NCBI GenBank assembly: GCA_963677485.1
Contig: OY781964.1
Span: 1,504,001-1,568,000, forward strand
Direction: 5' to 3'
Length of the DNA stretch: 64,000 bases
Source: Armatimonadota bacterium
Lineage (GTDB): Bacteria; Armatimonadota; HRBIN16
Below, piece after piece: positions 38,543-49,228 of this stretch (its first letter is position 1; every line of letters begins with the position of its first letter). The notes beneath the pieces were generated by a model, which worked only from the letters and a program-made list of their open reading frames with translations, was not told the DNA's origin and searched no databases. The position numbers and the translations under genes are program-made.

Positions 38543-39241
38543 ATGATACTCACAATTGTTTTAATGGTATTGTGGATTACCAACGCAGCGATGATGTTGG
38601 GTGTTACCTTTAGGAGGCGTCCATATACCTCTTCTGTAGATGGATTTAGTGCCACAGAAAGTATTCCTTACTTGATGTCCATTAACCGCTGCGGTCCGTA
38701 TGTTTTTGTACCGCTAGCGTGGCTGTCAGTACTTATCCATATTGGTGATATCAAATATGTGATGGATGTAGTCGGGTGCGCTTTTGCTATTATTGCTCCT
38801 GGATTCGCAGCGCATTATTGGTACAAACATGCAAACATGAAAGCGGAAGAATACATCAAGGATATCGGAAACCATCCCATGAAAGTCAGCAGGGCTGCTC
38901 GTATACAGTTTATGGTGGCCTTATATGTTTTTTTCATCATCTGCTGTATACTCTTTTCTATAGACAGATCGTCCGTAGTGGTTCTACCGGCAGGCATGAA
39001 ATGGACTCACATCGTTCTACTGTGCGTGTCGATCTGCCTTACATGCCGCAGACCGCCATGGATGTGGGATGTGCTTGAGACACAATGGGCTGCCAAGGTA
39101 ACATACGGCGTGGCCGTCATGTCTTTGTTGATATGTGTCAACAATATCCATGCCATGGGAACTGCATTTATGTATCTTGGCAGTGGATATATGTTGATGG
39201 GATTGTTGAAGCCTGGGGATCAGGTTCCGAAAAAGACCTGA
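38543..39241 (+). CDS. Orphan polytopic membrane protein
   Basis: 232 aa with about six to seven hydrophobic segments; AT-rich. Confidence 0.6.
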   Translation: MILTIVLMVLWITNAAMMLGVTFRRRPYTSSVDGFSATESIPYLMSINRCGPYVFVPLAWLSVLIHIGDIKYVMDVVGCAFAIIAPGFAAHYWYKHANMKAEEYIKDIGNHPMKVSRAARIQFMVALYVFFIICCILFSIDRSSVVVLPAGMKWTHIVLLCVSICLTCRRPPWMWDVLETQWAAKVTYGVAVMSLLICVNNIHAMGTAFMYLGSGYMLMGLLKPGDQVPKKT

Positions 39242-39650
39242 AACTGCATTCATCATTGAGTAACTTTCATCCGGGTGGTGGTTGCCTGGAGTCCGCGTCG
39301 GAACCTCCCCTGCGCCTGCTTGCGGGCTGGCAACGCATAAGCGATGGCGATGGAACCCGTCGTAGCGGGGATACTGGCTATGATCGGAGGTGATCAGCCA
39401 CGTTGCCGCGGGTTTAGTCACCCCACGGGACTGGCGTCCCTTAACAGGGTTCCCTCACCGCGCGTCTGATTGTGTGGCTACCCGCAAGCGGGTGCAGTAG
39501 CCATCCGACAGACTGCGCCTGCCTTCCGTCCCATCCGTGTCATCCGTGGCTCAGACAAACCGGGCATCGGACGGATGAGAGAGATCGGACAGATCACAAT
39601 GGACACGGCACGCCATGTCCCTACACAGGGTAGGCATAACGCGCCTGCCC

Positions 39651-42032
39651 CTACCGCACCACCAGGCGTATGCGGATGTTGTCTATCGACACGGCGGCTT
39701 GGCCGTGGATCGAAAAAAACAGGTGGTAGTCGTTGAACTCCGTCGGCTCAATGGTGACCGTTTTATGACCCACCTGACCAGCCGCGCCACGCCACTGCCG
39801 ATAGTTGCCCACATCCTTCTGCCAGCCTCCGAGAACGGTGCGGGCGGCGACCGCAAAGGGCATCGACTGCTTCCCTTTCGAGATCACGCGGTAGTCGAAA
39901 TCCACCACATACTTTTCACCAGGGATGAGCCGCAGCTTCTCAGGCCGTCCGGACAGGAACAGGTTCCATTCCTGCTTCCCCACCCGAGAGTCGCAATAAA
40001 GCGAACGGCCTTTGCCGATCACCCTGTCGGGAGCCGAGGTAAGTTTGGTCACCGCATCTTTGGACGGATTGATCTCGAGTTGGTCCGGCCAAGCCCCTTC
40101 GAAGTCGTATTTTGCGACCGTCTCATACACCCCATCAGGCAGATCGAGCTCGGGGAACAGCGGCAAACGGGCGATGTTGCGCGGCTTCGTTAGCTCTGAG
40201 GCCACGATGGCCCTCTCCCGCCGGAAGTAGGGCAGCATCTCGCTTGGTCGCATGGAGATGTTGGTATATCCCTGCCAGACCTCGTTGTGGTTCCACGGCG
40301 GCTCCACGCTGATCCGGCTCTGCCAGCCCCCGGTCGGTCCGGGGAATGCGGATTCTGCCAGCACGCTCATGCGCCGCCACCACTCGTTCGAGGCATCGAG
40401 GTGTTTCAACACGCTCGCGGTTGTGGACGATGGCTTGCCCAGCTTCCAAGCTTGCCAGGCCAGACCGGTGCGGATCCGTTCGGCGTAGTGCAGCCCCATC
40501 AAGCAGTTGAACTCCATCAGCAGCATACTGTTCGGCAGCTCCTGCTTCCGTAATGTGCTTAGGCCCACCAGAGGCTTGGCGGTCTGCAGCGCCTTCATGG
40601 AGGACCGGCACAGTCGCTCCATCTCATCGGCGATCTCGACCGGTGTGGTCGCCTTGCGTCCCTTGATCTGCCGCACCCCGGCCACATACTGCTTGATGGA
40701 CAGCACCTCTTCGCCCCAGCTCGGATTGGGCCAGGTGAGGCCCATATTGGGGGTCAACCGGCCCTTGGCATCCACCGATTCGTGGTTCTCGAACACGTAG
40801 CTTGAGATGGTGGGCATCTCCAGGATGTTCACCAGCAGCATCCCCAGCTGCGGCATGTAGTGGTCGGTCTGGCTGTGAACAAGGTGCATGAAGCGGGGCA
40901 TCACATTACTGGAGTCAATCATGGCCCTCAGCAGCGGCTTTGCGATCTGGGGGTTACCGTAGCGCGCGGCGATACGTCCCTGCCAGTAATCCGCCCCGTC
41001 CTTTTGATACGGGTTGAGCGAATACCGCTCAAACGCCTCGCGGGCGACCCAGCGCTCTGCATAACCAGCCAGGTAGTCGGTGCCCTGGAAAAAGATGCCC
41101 CCACCGTTCTTTTTCACCAGGTCCTGCATCATGGTCTGGATGAAGAATGGGTCGCCGAAGAAGGGCACGCCCATCGGTCCGCCCATGGTGACCACTTTCA
41201 AGCCACCAAGGGAATCGCTGGTCATCTTGATGCGCGGATCGGCGGTGGGACGGAAGAAGTTCTCGTATTGCAGGTAGTGCAGCGCCATCTTGGGGCCTGG
41301 GTAGGAGTCAAGTATGCTCTTGGCAGCCTCGGGGTAGGAGCACCAGGTCCAGAACACAAACTCCGGCAGTGCCTTCCGCGGGCTGGAGTTGGTGACCGAG
41401 TCACGCAGCCCGGTGACGATGGCGGATTTCACGAAATCCGTGCAGCCGGGAGGGTTTTCGGCTGCCATGGTGATCAGACCGCCGAGGTCGGGATATGTGC
41501 GGTACATCTCGTCGACCACATAGCGGGTGTAGCTGCGCGTCAGCGCGGTGTCTTCGCCGAACTCATTCAAGCCGTGCGCCTTCTGCATCCCCGGCGGCAG
41601 GCAGATATTCCAGATCAGCAGGTAGATGCTCACGCCGTATTTCTTGCCCTCGGAGGTGATCCAGCGGAACATCTTAATCTGCCGCTGGGTCTCTTCATCG
41701 CTCAGCAGCCGTGCTTCGGGATATTTATCTAGCTTGATGAAACCCACGAAGGGGTGCGGGTGCCAGTAGACGATGGAGTTGAGGCCCGCGGCTTGATACT
41801 GTTCGAAGGTTTTACACCAGTAATTTGTATCAAACCACCACCAATTCGTGGAGTGGTCGTTCTGCTCAAACCCCTTCCAGTTGTTGTTATACAGACTGGA
41901 GCCCAGCCAGAACGGCATCGGCCCGGCCGTGCCGCGCAGCTTCAAGGGCGATTCCGCACTGGCAACCCCGCTCAGCACCACCAGCACCATCAAGATCATG
42001 AAAACACGCCGTAAATACAAAGGAACACGCAT
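39651..42032 (-). CDS. Secreted glycoside-hydrolase-like protein with C-terminal carbohydrate-binding-like domain
   Basis: Signal peptide (VASA); TIM-barrel-like WHPHPF..FIKLDKYPEA; C-terminal YDFE...PGEKYVVDFDY...IDNIRI. Confidence 0.6.
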   Translation of the reverse strand: MRVPLYLRRVFMILMVLVVLSGVASAESPLKLRGTAGPMPFWLGSSLYNNNWKGFEQNDHSTNWWWFDTNYWCKTFEQYQAAGLNSIVYWHPHPFVGFIKLDKYPEARLLSDEETQRQIKMFRWITSEGKKYGVSIYLLIWNICLPPGMQKAHGLNEFGEDTALTRSYTRYVVDEMYRTYPDLGGLITMAAENPPGCTDFVKSAIVTGLRDSVTNSSPRKALPEFVFWTWCSYPEAAKSILDSYPGPKMALHYLQYENFFRPTADPRIKMTSDSLGGLKVVTMGGPMGVPFFGDPFFIQTMMQDLVKKNGGGIFFQGTDYLAGYAERWVAREAFERYSLNPYQKDGADYWQGRIAARYGNPQIAKPLLRAMIDSSNVMPRFMHLVHSQTDHYMPQLGMLLVNILEMPTISSYVFENHESVDAKGRLTPNMGLTWPNPSWGEEVLSIKQYVAGVRQIKGRKATTPVEIADEMERLCRSSMKALQTAKPLVGLSTLRKQELPNSMLLMEFNCLMGLHYAERIRTGLAWQAWKLGKPSSTTASVLKHLDASNEWWRRMSVLAESAFPGPTGGWQSRISVEPPWNHNEVWQGYTNISMRPSEMLPYFRRERAIVASELTKPRNIARLPLFPELDLPDGVYETVAKYDFEGAWPDQLEINPSKDAVTKLTSAPDRVIGKGRSLYCDSRVGKQEWNLFLSGRPEKLRLIPGEKYVVDFDYRVISKGKQSMPFAVAARTVLGGWQKDVGNYRQWRGAAGQVGHKTVTIEPTEFNDYHLFFSIHGQAAVSIDNIRIRLVVR

Positions 42033-42312
42033 GAGACACCCTCCACAAGGCCTGGATAACCATCGGCCTTGTATAGAGGATATACCAAAAGCGAGTGAAA
42101 TGCGTAGGGGCGATCAGCGATCGCCCATCCATCCGCCCGACGCCCGTGAATAAACGAAAGACCGCCCCGGTTAGGGAAAACCGACGCGGACATTGGCAAT
42201 AGGGTAATGCCAATCGGGAGATTGGCGTTCCCAGGGTGGTTGCAGGAACAGACCGCTCCCGTGCAGAACCTACCACTAGCGTTCCGCCAACGGCGGGGCA
42301 AGGAGTTCGAGG

Positions 42313-43977
42313 ATGAAGGTGATATTGATGATCATGGCTGCGCTCGGTATCAATGCGGCGGTCTCCGCCTCGGCATCCGTACAGTCCATACGGGTGATAC
42401 TGCCGCCACGCCCCACCGCGGTGATGAAAAACATCGTGAAGCTGTTCGCACGGCAGATAGCCTCCCGGTGTTCAGCGCAAACACGAACTGCCGGTAATTC
42501 GGAGCTGACCATCGAACTCGCCTTGAAAAGCAGCATCGGCGCGGAAGGCTTCACGATAGCCGACGCAGCACCCGACCGTATCCGCATCACCGCCAGCGAT
42601 GAGCGCGGTCTGCTCTACGGTGTGGGTAAGCTGCTGCACTGCTCACGGTTCGATCAGGGATGCTTCACACCTGGCGCATGGCGTGGCAGCTCCAAACCGG
42701 AGGGTTCCTTCCGCGCTATCTACGCCGCCACGCACTTCATGAACTACTATGAGGCCGCACCCTCTGAGGAGATCGCGGACTACCTTGCGGATCTGGCCCT
42801 CTGGGGCGCGAATACGGTGGTGGTGACCTTCCCCACCTGGGATATCAGCGGCCTTGACGACCCGCGTGCCCAAAAGAACCTGAAGCAGATCCGGCGTGCG
42901 CTGCTGGATGCCAAATCGATCGGCCTGCAGGTCGGACTCATCCAGTGCCCCAACCAGGGCTACAGCACCGCTCCTGCCAGCGTGCTGGCGACCAAATACC
43001 CGGATGACCTGGGCCGACGCGGCACCCTCGGAGTGAACTGCTGCCCCAGCAGCCCCGAAGGGCACTGCTACCTGACCAAGCTCTACGCAGAGATATATGA
43101 TGCCTGTAAGGATATTGAACTCGACTACCTGGTGCTCTGGCCCTACGACGAGGGCGGATGCGGATGCGGGCAGTGTTGGCCCTGGGGTGCGAAGGGGTTC
43201 CCGGCACTCTCCCGCGATGTCACTCGGCTGGCGCGTCAGCGGTTTCCGCACATCAAAAGTATGCTCTCCACGTGGGTCTACGACACCCCGCCCGCTGGTG
43301 AGTGGGAGGGTCTCAAAGAGTTCCTGGCTCCGGGCAACGACTGGCTGGACTACATCATGGCCGATGCGCACGAAGACTTCCCACGCTACCCGCTGGAGAA
43401 AGGCGTTCCCGGTAAACTGCCGCTGATCAACTTCCCGGAGATCAGCATGTGGGGCCGCGGCCCGTGGGGCGGATACGGCGCCAACCCTCTGCCAGGAAGG
43501 TTCCAACGGCTGTGGAACCAGACCGAGGGCAAGCTCTCAGGTGGAATGCCCTACTCCGAAGGCCTCTACGAGGATATCAACAAGATCATCTGCTTCCAGT
43601 TCTACTGGCAGAAAGATAAGTCTGCGTTGGACACCCTGCGGGAATACATCGCCTTTGAGTATTCGCCCGATGTGGTGACTGAGCTGGTCAAGGTGGTGAA
43701 GCTGATGGAGGCCAACTGGCTTCCCGCTAACATGGACGACCGCTGCCTGGAGGCTTTCAAGATCGTATCGAAGGTCGATGCCCAACTCACCCCGCAGGCA
43801 CGCTCAGCCTGGCGCTGGCGGATTTTCTATCTTCGGGCGTTACTGGATAGCGAGATGTTCCAACGGCAGGGAAAACTAGAGGGTGACGTCATGCGTGACG
43901 CCTTCCAGGAGCTCACACGGATTTACCATGCCCAAAATGCGCACACCATGTCCGTCAAACCGCCGATCATCCCGTAG
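42313..43977 (+). CDS. Secreted glycoside-hydrolase-like protein with GH20/GH67-type N-terminal domain
   Basis: Signal peptide; GAEGFTI...IRITASDERGLLYGVGKLL; WPYDEGGCGCGQC. Confidence 0.65.
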   Translation: MKVILMIMAALGINAAVSASASVQSIRVILPPRPTAVMKNIVKLFARQIASRCSAQTRTAGNSELTIELALKSSIGAEGFTIADAAPDRIRITASDERGLLYGVGKLLHCSRFDQGCFTPGAWRGSSKPEGSFRAIYAATHFMNYYEAAPSEEIADYLADLALWGANTVVVTFPTWDISGLDDPRAQKNLKQIRRALLDAKSIGLQVGLIQCPNQGYSTAPASVLATKYPDDLGRRGTLGVNCCPSSPEGHCYLTKLYAEIYDACKDIELDYLVLWPYDEGGCGCGQCWPWGAKGFPALSRDVTRLARQRFPHIKSMLSTWVYDTPPAGEWEGLKEFLAPGNDWLDYIMADAHEDFPRYPLEKGVPGKLPLINFPEISMWGRGPWGGYGANPLPGRFQRLWNQTEGKLSGGMPYSEGLYEDINKIICFQFYWQKDKSALDTLREYIAFEYSPDVVTELVKVVKLMEANWLPANMDDRCLEAFKIVSKVDAQLTPQARSAWRWRIFYLRALLDSEMFQRQGKLEGDVMRDAFQELTRIYHAQNAHTMSVKPPIIP

Positions 43978-43990
43978 GATAGCCTTGGCT

Positions 43991-44107
43991 GTCAAGTGTT
44001 GCCTAAGTCCGGGGCGGTCTGGCTACCGTCTAGCGGCTGCAGAAATCTCAAGACCGCGCCGGTCTGGCGGATAGCCATGCAGATTGGTGTCGACAGCAAG
44101 ACCGGCA
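43991..44107. repeat. 117-bp direct repeat, left copy
   Basis: About seven mismatches versus 45306-45422 by manual alignment. Confidence 0.93.
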
Positions 44108-44228
44108 TGGTTAGGGAAAACCGCCCCGGACATTAATGGAACAGATACCGGGGTACCGCCCGTATAACGATAAACAGGCTTCGTAACCGGCCTGGGATCA
44201 CCAATACCCATCAAGGGAAGGCCTTGCT

Positions 44229-44693
44229 ATGAAGAAGCCAATCGTTGGATGTCTCGGCCGTCTATGTATCACCATCATGGTCATTGCGTGGGCGGTCACC
44301 TCATTGTTCCCGAACTACAGTGCCACCTTGACCTGTGGCGACGGCTTTAGATACAGTTATGGTTTGCCATACAGTAACGGGGATTCGATATTGCCTGAGC
44401 ACCAAATGTTGGAGAACTGGAAAGATGAATCTGATGTTAAGAATATATTCGCCCACGACATGTATGTTTCACAATACCGCTGTCTCAAAAACGCGCTGAT
44501 TGGTGTGGGTTTCAGGGGGTATTTCCTATACGACAACGCCACAAAAACATGCTATCTTACGACGGACTACAACCGCTGGTGCAGTATCCTGCGAAAACAC
44601 CACATCCCCACTACGACGACTATGTATCCAACCCCAATCCGCGGTTATTACAAGGCGTTGGGCTGGTTAGGTTACCAGGAGGGTGTTGAATGA
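44229..44693 (+). CDS. Membrane-anchored hypothetical protein (paralog of 44690 and 30009)
   Basis: N-terminal TM; LIGVGFRGYFLYDNATK..Y.....RW..IL; C-terminal PTPIR.YY...GWLGYQ. Confidence 0.65.
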   Translation: MKKPIVGCLGRLCITIMVIAWAVTSLFPNYSATLTCGDGFRYSYGLPYSNGDSILPEHQMLENWKDESDVKNIFAHDMYVSQYRCLKNALIGVGFRGYFLYDNATKTCYLTTDYNRWCSILRKHHIPTTTTMYPTPIRGYYKALGWLGYQEGVE

Positions 44694-45211
44694 AAAGCCT
44701 CAGTGACAAAGTGTTGGTTACCGCTTTTGTGTTTTGGCTGCTGCTGTTCGTATTACCCCTGCCGTCACTTACCGGGATGCGAAGCCGCCTATATAGTATG
44801 ATGTTCGCTGGTGGTGTCACCGACTTCATGGCAACACCATCTGGAGATAGGTTCCGCGTAGAAGCGAACGGCATAATATACGCCGCATGTCCACAGACAT
44901 ACAACTACTCATTGTCTCAAGACAAGGTCAATGACGATGACGCTCGTCTATATAAATCATCTTGGTATCAAGGCGAATATGTAATGGACGCGACAAGTTT
45001 TCGCGTGGTGAAGGGCGGTATCATAGGCCAGACCGAAACTGGGTACTACATCATCAACACCGCGAAACGGATGGTGTATATCAACCTGGAGCTGCCCGAA
45101 TGGCGGAGGATGCTCGCGCAAATGGGTGTATCTGCGAACATACAATGCCACCCGCTTCCGCTTCGTGTTGACTATGCATGCCGCGGTTGGCTTAGCTACC
45201 AGCCAGATTAG
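44690..45211 (+). CDS. Membrane-anchored hypothetical protein (paralog of 44229 and 30009)
   Basis: ATGA overlap; IIGQTETGYYIINTAKRMVY...EWRRML; C-terminal PLPLR.DY...GWLSYQ. Confidence 0.65.
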   Translation: MKSLSDKVLVTAFVFWLLLFVLPLPSLTGMRSRLYSMMFAGGVTDFMATPSGDRFRVEANGIIYAACPQTYNYSLSQDKVNDDDARLYKSSWYQGEYVMDATSFRVVKGGIIGQTETGYYIINTAKRMVYINLELPEWRRMLAQMGVSANIQCHPLPLRVDYACRGWLSYQPD

Positions 45212-45305
45212 GTGCGGTCAGTGCCTGCACGTACTGGCTATACCGTAAAATGACAGCCGTTGCTGTCACCATCTCTCCGTAGGGATGCCTCTTGTGGGTA
45301 TCCGC

Positions 45306-45422
45306 GTCAAGCGTTGCCTATGTCCGGGGCGGTCTGGCTGCTGTCTAGCGGTTGCAGAAATCTCAAGACCGCGCCGGTCTGGCGGATAGCCACGTAGATT
45401 GGTGTCGACAGCAAGACCGGCA
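45306..45422. repeat. 117-bp direct repeat, right copy
   Basis: Matches 43991-44107; nested between GTAG-type REP arms. Confidence 0.93.
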
Positions 45423-45628
45423 CCCAAGTTGACGGTTGACAACATACGGATTTCGTAGGGATGCCCCTTGTGGGCATCCGCAAATATGGTTGGATACAAT
45501 CTAGTTTCCCAGTACGGGGTAACAGATCAGTATCGACGCGTGGTTGCGGACGGCCACAAGGGCCGTCCCTACGAAGACTCCGCCAAAGCCCACAATGTCA
45601 GAGGACGGGGCGTTCGGAAATTCGGCCC

Positions 45629-48600
45629 TTACCTGCCGTCACTCACGCTGCCGGTGCGCTCCAGCTTGTTCCAGCCGGTGCGCAGGCCGTTCAGCGCATG
45701 CCACACGCTCTTGATCACCACCCCATACAGCATCTGCCGGTAGGCCAGCCTCTGGAAGGGGATCAGCCACACAATGCCCGTGCGCTGCTTATCCCATCGC
45801 ATTGCCAGCACACCGGCTATCATCTCAAACGCCAGGAAACCAAGCCCCAGCACCATCAGCACCTCTAGCTGGTATCTGGCGGCGGGCATCAAACCCCAAC
45901 CACCGCGCAGAACATGCATGCTCCACCAGTCGCTGCCAATCCAAACCAGGCTGAGCAGGATCGAGATATCCACCAACGGACTGAACAGCTGATAGCCGAT
46001 CTGGAACACCCAGTGCATGGGCAGCACAAACCGACCAAACATGCCGTAGTGCCCGACCGCCCTGCGATGCTTCCACAGGCATTGAAGGGTGCCATATGCC
46101 CATCGGAACCGCTGCCGGAAGAGGGCTGTTATCTGCTCGGGAGCCTCCGTCAGGCCTATCGCTTTGCATTCGTTGATGATCAGGTAGCCCGCCATCCGCA
46201 CACGCCAGGTGAGGTCCATATCCTCAGCCATCGTATCGGCCACATATCCGCCGACCTGTGCGATCACGGAAGTTCGCCAGGCACCAATCGCTCCAGGTAC
46301 TACGGTGATGGCGTTCACCGCCGACCAGGCGCGGCGCTCCAGATTCTGCCCGGTGGTGTACTCCAGATGCTGCCAGGCTGTCCAGATATTCCGCACATTG
46401 CCTACGCGCACATTGCCTGCCACAGCACCCACCTTCGGGTCAGCGAAATGAGGCACCATCAGGCCGATCGCATCCGGCTCCACCAATGTGTCCGCATCGA
46501 TCGAGACCATTACCTCAGATTCGCACCGTGTGATCGCATAATTCAGTGCCACGGCTTTGCCGCCGTTAGGCTGGCTGAGCACGATCAGTGACGGAATATG
46601 TTCGGCTAGCTCATTCAACCTTTGCAAAGTGCCATCGGTGGAGCCGTCATCCACCACGATGATCTGCTTTACGGGATAGATGGACTGTGCGATGGCCTTG
46701 ACGGTGCGGGTAATCACCGTCTCCTCGTTGAAAGCAGCCACCACCACGCTCACTCCGATATCGACCTTCGGTATATCTGGTCTGGCGTGCTCGCGTCGAC
46801 GCTGAATAGTCGCGAATATCAACAGCATCAACAACCGTATCGCGCCGAACATGATACCCAGTATAAATACGGTGTGGACCACCCAGGTGCTGATGTAATT
46901 CACTGTGAACACCATGCGGTCTGTGCCCATGAGGCGGGCATCGCGTCCGTACACCGCCGGCATGATGGCCTCACGTGGAAGGCCCAGCAGTTGCGATGCG
47001 GTGATAAAGCGGAACCCTTCCGCCTTAAGCTTCGGCAATATGATACCCAGTGCCTTCACCGTGTTTTCACGGTTACCACCACCATCGTGAAGCAAAATCG
47101 TGTTGCCTTTGCCGCTGCGAATGGATGACATCATGATGGAGGCGATGTCCTCCGGCGTGCGTCGGGTGTGACCAGCCACTGCGGAGGATATGCTCGGGTT
47201 CCAGTCTTGGGGGTCGATGAACTCACCCACGGTGATGTAGCCGCTACGGTAAGCCTCCATGATGGGCCGAACCTCTTCAGGCCGGTGCGGCTCAGCGTCC
47301 GCATTATATGGCGGCCGGAAGAGGATCGTATCATGGTTGGTGACCGCCTGGATGATTCGCTGCGTAGCGTTCAACTCCAACCGCGCGCGTGCGTCGCTCA
47401 CAAGTCCCATGTTAGGATGGGTAAAGGTGTGGTTGCCGATTTCGTGCCCATCCTTCCAGGCCCGCTTCAGCAGGTCTGGATACATCTCGGCGTTACCACC
47501 GATCACAAAGAAGGTGGCCGGCACTTTATACTTTTTTAGTATGTCCAAAATGGGGCCGGTATACTCGCTTGGACCATCATCGAAGGTGATCGCCACGGCA
47601 TGTTTTTGCAGCCCGGATCGACGGAGAACCGTAGACGAGGGGAACTCCACATACTCCTCATCGGTGATCATCCCGCTATCGGGATCATAATCGATGCTCC
47701 GACGTCCTTTGTGCGGCTCCGATTCCGGCTGGAGCACTTCACCATCACCCACAAACTGCACATCATCTGGTGCAGAAATAGTCTCAAGAAGAGGAGCTGG
47801 CCCGATCACAGCCATATCACGCGATACCTGGCTCCACATCGAAGGGTCTTCCAAGCCCAGTACCCAGAACGCGACGCCACCCAGACGCAGCCTTTTCGCC
47901 ATCACCATCTGGTTTCGTGCCGACACCGCGTCCTGCATCCAGACCTCATGCGGAGTGCCATCCTGACTGCGGTAATCAAATGTGGAGTTCATGCTGGTTG
48001 GGTCGAAATCCACCACAGACTGGCGGTTGTCGCTGGCATCTCTGGCCAATGCCACCGCCTGCATGTAACTTAGTGCTTCGGCAGTTCCGCCATCCAGCGG
48101 CCAGTCATAGGTGTAACAGCCGATTCCCATGATCAGTTTCTCAGGAGGGATCACATGCATGGCTTGCTTGGTAAGCTGGGTGGCCCACGGGAGTGGGGCC
48201 ACCGGGCCGGGTTTACCACCCGCAAAGTGGTAGTCATAGGCCATCACGATGATATTATCCACCCAGGGGATCAGCCCCGGAAGACTGCGGTCACTCAGCA
48301 CCGTCGATTCAATATCCATCGATATTCCAAATCCGGCAGCATGCAGTTGCTGTGATAGCGATCTGACGAAAGCGGCATATAAAACTCGGTCGTTGGGGTT
48401 CAAATTCTCAAAGTCAAGGTTCAAGCCGTTATAGTGCTCGGTCTTCAGCCACGTCAACAAACGTCCGGTTAAGGCCTGTTGTGCCGCCTGATTATGCAAA
48501 AGCATGGACACCCGTTTGGGGTCAAAGTGTCCCCCTTCGCTGTTGCTTAACACGGGGTAGATATCCACATCATGCGCGTGGGCGATACGCTCGAGGTCAG

Positions 48601-49075
48601 TGCGCTGTGGATTATACTCTAGCTGCCAGTCGCGCGTATCGATGCTGCGGCCATCGGTCGAGAGGCGCAGCCACACCGGCATCACGATATCGAGACGGTC
48701 TGCGTTCCGCTGCAGCGAGTAGAGACCGGCCTCCTGCCACGGTGCATAGAACGCGGCCACAATCGGGTGAGTTCCCGCAGGACGCACCCTGCGGATGATC
48801 TTGCGCTCCTCATTGATGGCCCGAATCAAGTTACTCCGTTCGAGCGACATCTGATATCTTCGGATGAGCTGCCTTTGGGTGCGTGAAGGCTGCGAGTTAT
48901 GCAGGTAACTGACAGAGGGGTGAAGCACCAACTTCGGCAAATATGGGCTGATGTACAGACTATAGGTAAATCCTGCGCCTATCACCAAAGCAATTACCAG
49001 CAGCACCCACAATGCGATGCGGATTTTCCGGCTCCGGTCCTGGTTCGGGTCGTAGAATACTGGATTTCGGGCCAT
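45629..49075 (-). CDS. GH18-like + CE4 polysaccharide deacetylase + GT2 polysaccharide synthase fusion
   Basis: GLNLDFE and MAYDYH (GH18); TFDDGP, HTFTH, RPPY, LLHD (NodB); DDGS, DAD, ED, QRFRW (processive GT2). Confidence 0.93.
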   Translation of the reverse strand: MARNPVFYDPNQDRSRKIRIALWVLLVIALVIGAGFTYSLYISPYLPKLVLHPSVSYLHNSQPSRTQRQLIRRYQMSLERSNLIRAINEERKIIRRVRPAGTHPIVAAFYAPWQEAGLYSLQRNADRLDIVMPVWLRLSTDGRSIDTRDWQLEYNPQRTDLERIAHAHDVDIYPVLSNSEGGHFDPKRVSMLLHNQAAQQALTGRLLTWLKTEHYNGLNLDFENLNPNDRVLYAAFVRSLSQQLHAAGFGISMDIESTVLSDRSLPGLIPWVDNIIVMAYDYHFAGGKPGPVAPLPWATQLTKQAMHVIPPEKLIMGIGCYTYDWPLDGGTAEALSYMQAVALARDASDNRQSVVDFDPTSMNSTFDYRSQDGTPHEVWMQDAVSARNQMVMAKRLRLGGVAFWVLGLEDPSMWSQVSRDMAVIGPAPLLETISAPDDVQFVGDGEVLQPESEPHKGRRSIDYDPDSGMITDEEYVEFPSSTVLRRSGLQKHAVAITFDDGPSEYTGPILDILKKYKVPATFFVIGGNAEMYPDLLKRAWKDGHEIGNHTFTHPNMGLVSDARARLELNATQRIIQAVTNHDTILFRPPYNADAEPHRPEEVRPIMEAYRSGYITVGEFIDPQDWNPSISSAVAGHTRRTPEDIASIMMSSIRSGKGNTILLHDGGGNRENTVKALGIILPKLKAEGFRFITASQLLGLPREAIMPAVYGRDARLMGTDRMVFTVNYISTWVVHTVFILGIMFGAIRLLMLLIFATIQRRREHARPDIPKVDIGVSVVVAAFNEETVITRTVKAIAQSIYPVKQIIVVDDGSTDGTLQRLNELAEHIPSLIVLSQPNGGKAVALNYAITRCESEVMVSIDADTLVEPDAIGLMVPHFADPKVGAVAGNVRVGNVRNIWTAWQHLEYTTGQNLERRAWSAVNAITVVPGAIGAWRTSVIAQVGGYVADTMAEDMDLTWRVRMAGYLIINECKAIGLTEAPEQITALFRQRFRWAYGTLQCLWKHRRAVGHYGMFGRFVLPMHWVFQIGYQLFSPLVDISILLSLVWIGSDWWSMHVLRGGWGLMPAARYQLEVLMVLGLGFLAFEMIAGVLAMRWDKQRTGIVWLIPFQRLAYRQMLYGVVIKSVWHALNGLRTGWNKLERTGSVSDGR

Positions 49076-49228
49076 ATCTCACCTCTGGCGAGTCACATTA
49101 CGATATGTATAATACGTAGGCATGTTGTGGTGTTGTCACATCAGTTATTATAGATCAGAGTGAGTCACAGATCAGTGATCGTTCTGAAAATACCGACCAA
49201 AGACTCATCAAGTAAATGGGATTGCCAA

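Noticed and set aside
43991-45422. Integron attC sites
   Set aside because: No RYYYAAC...GTTRRRY ends, no one-site-per-gene pattern and no integrase.
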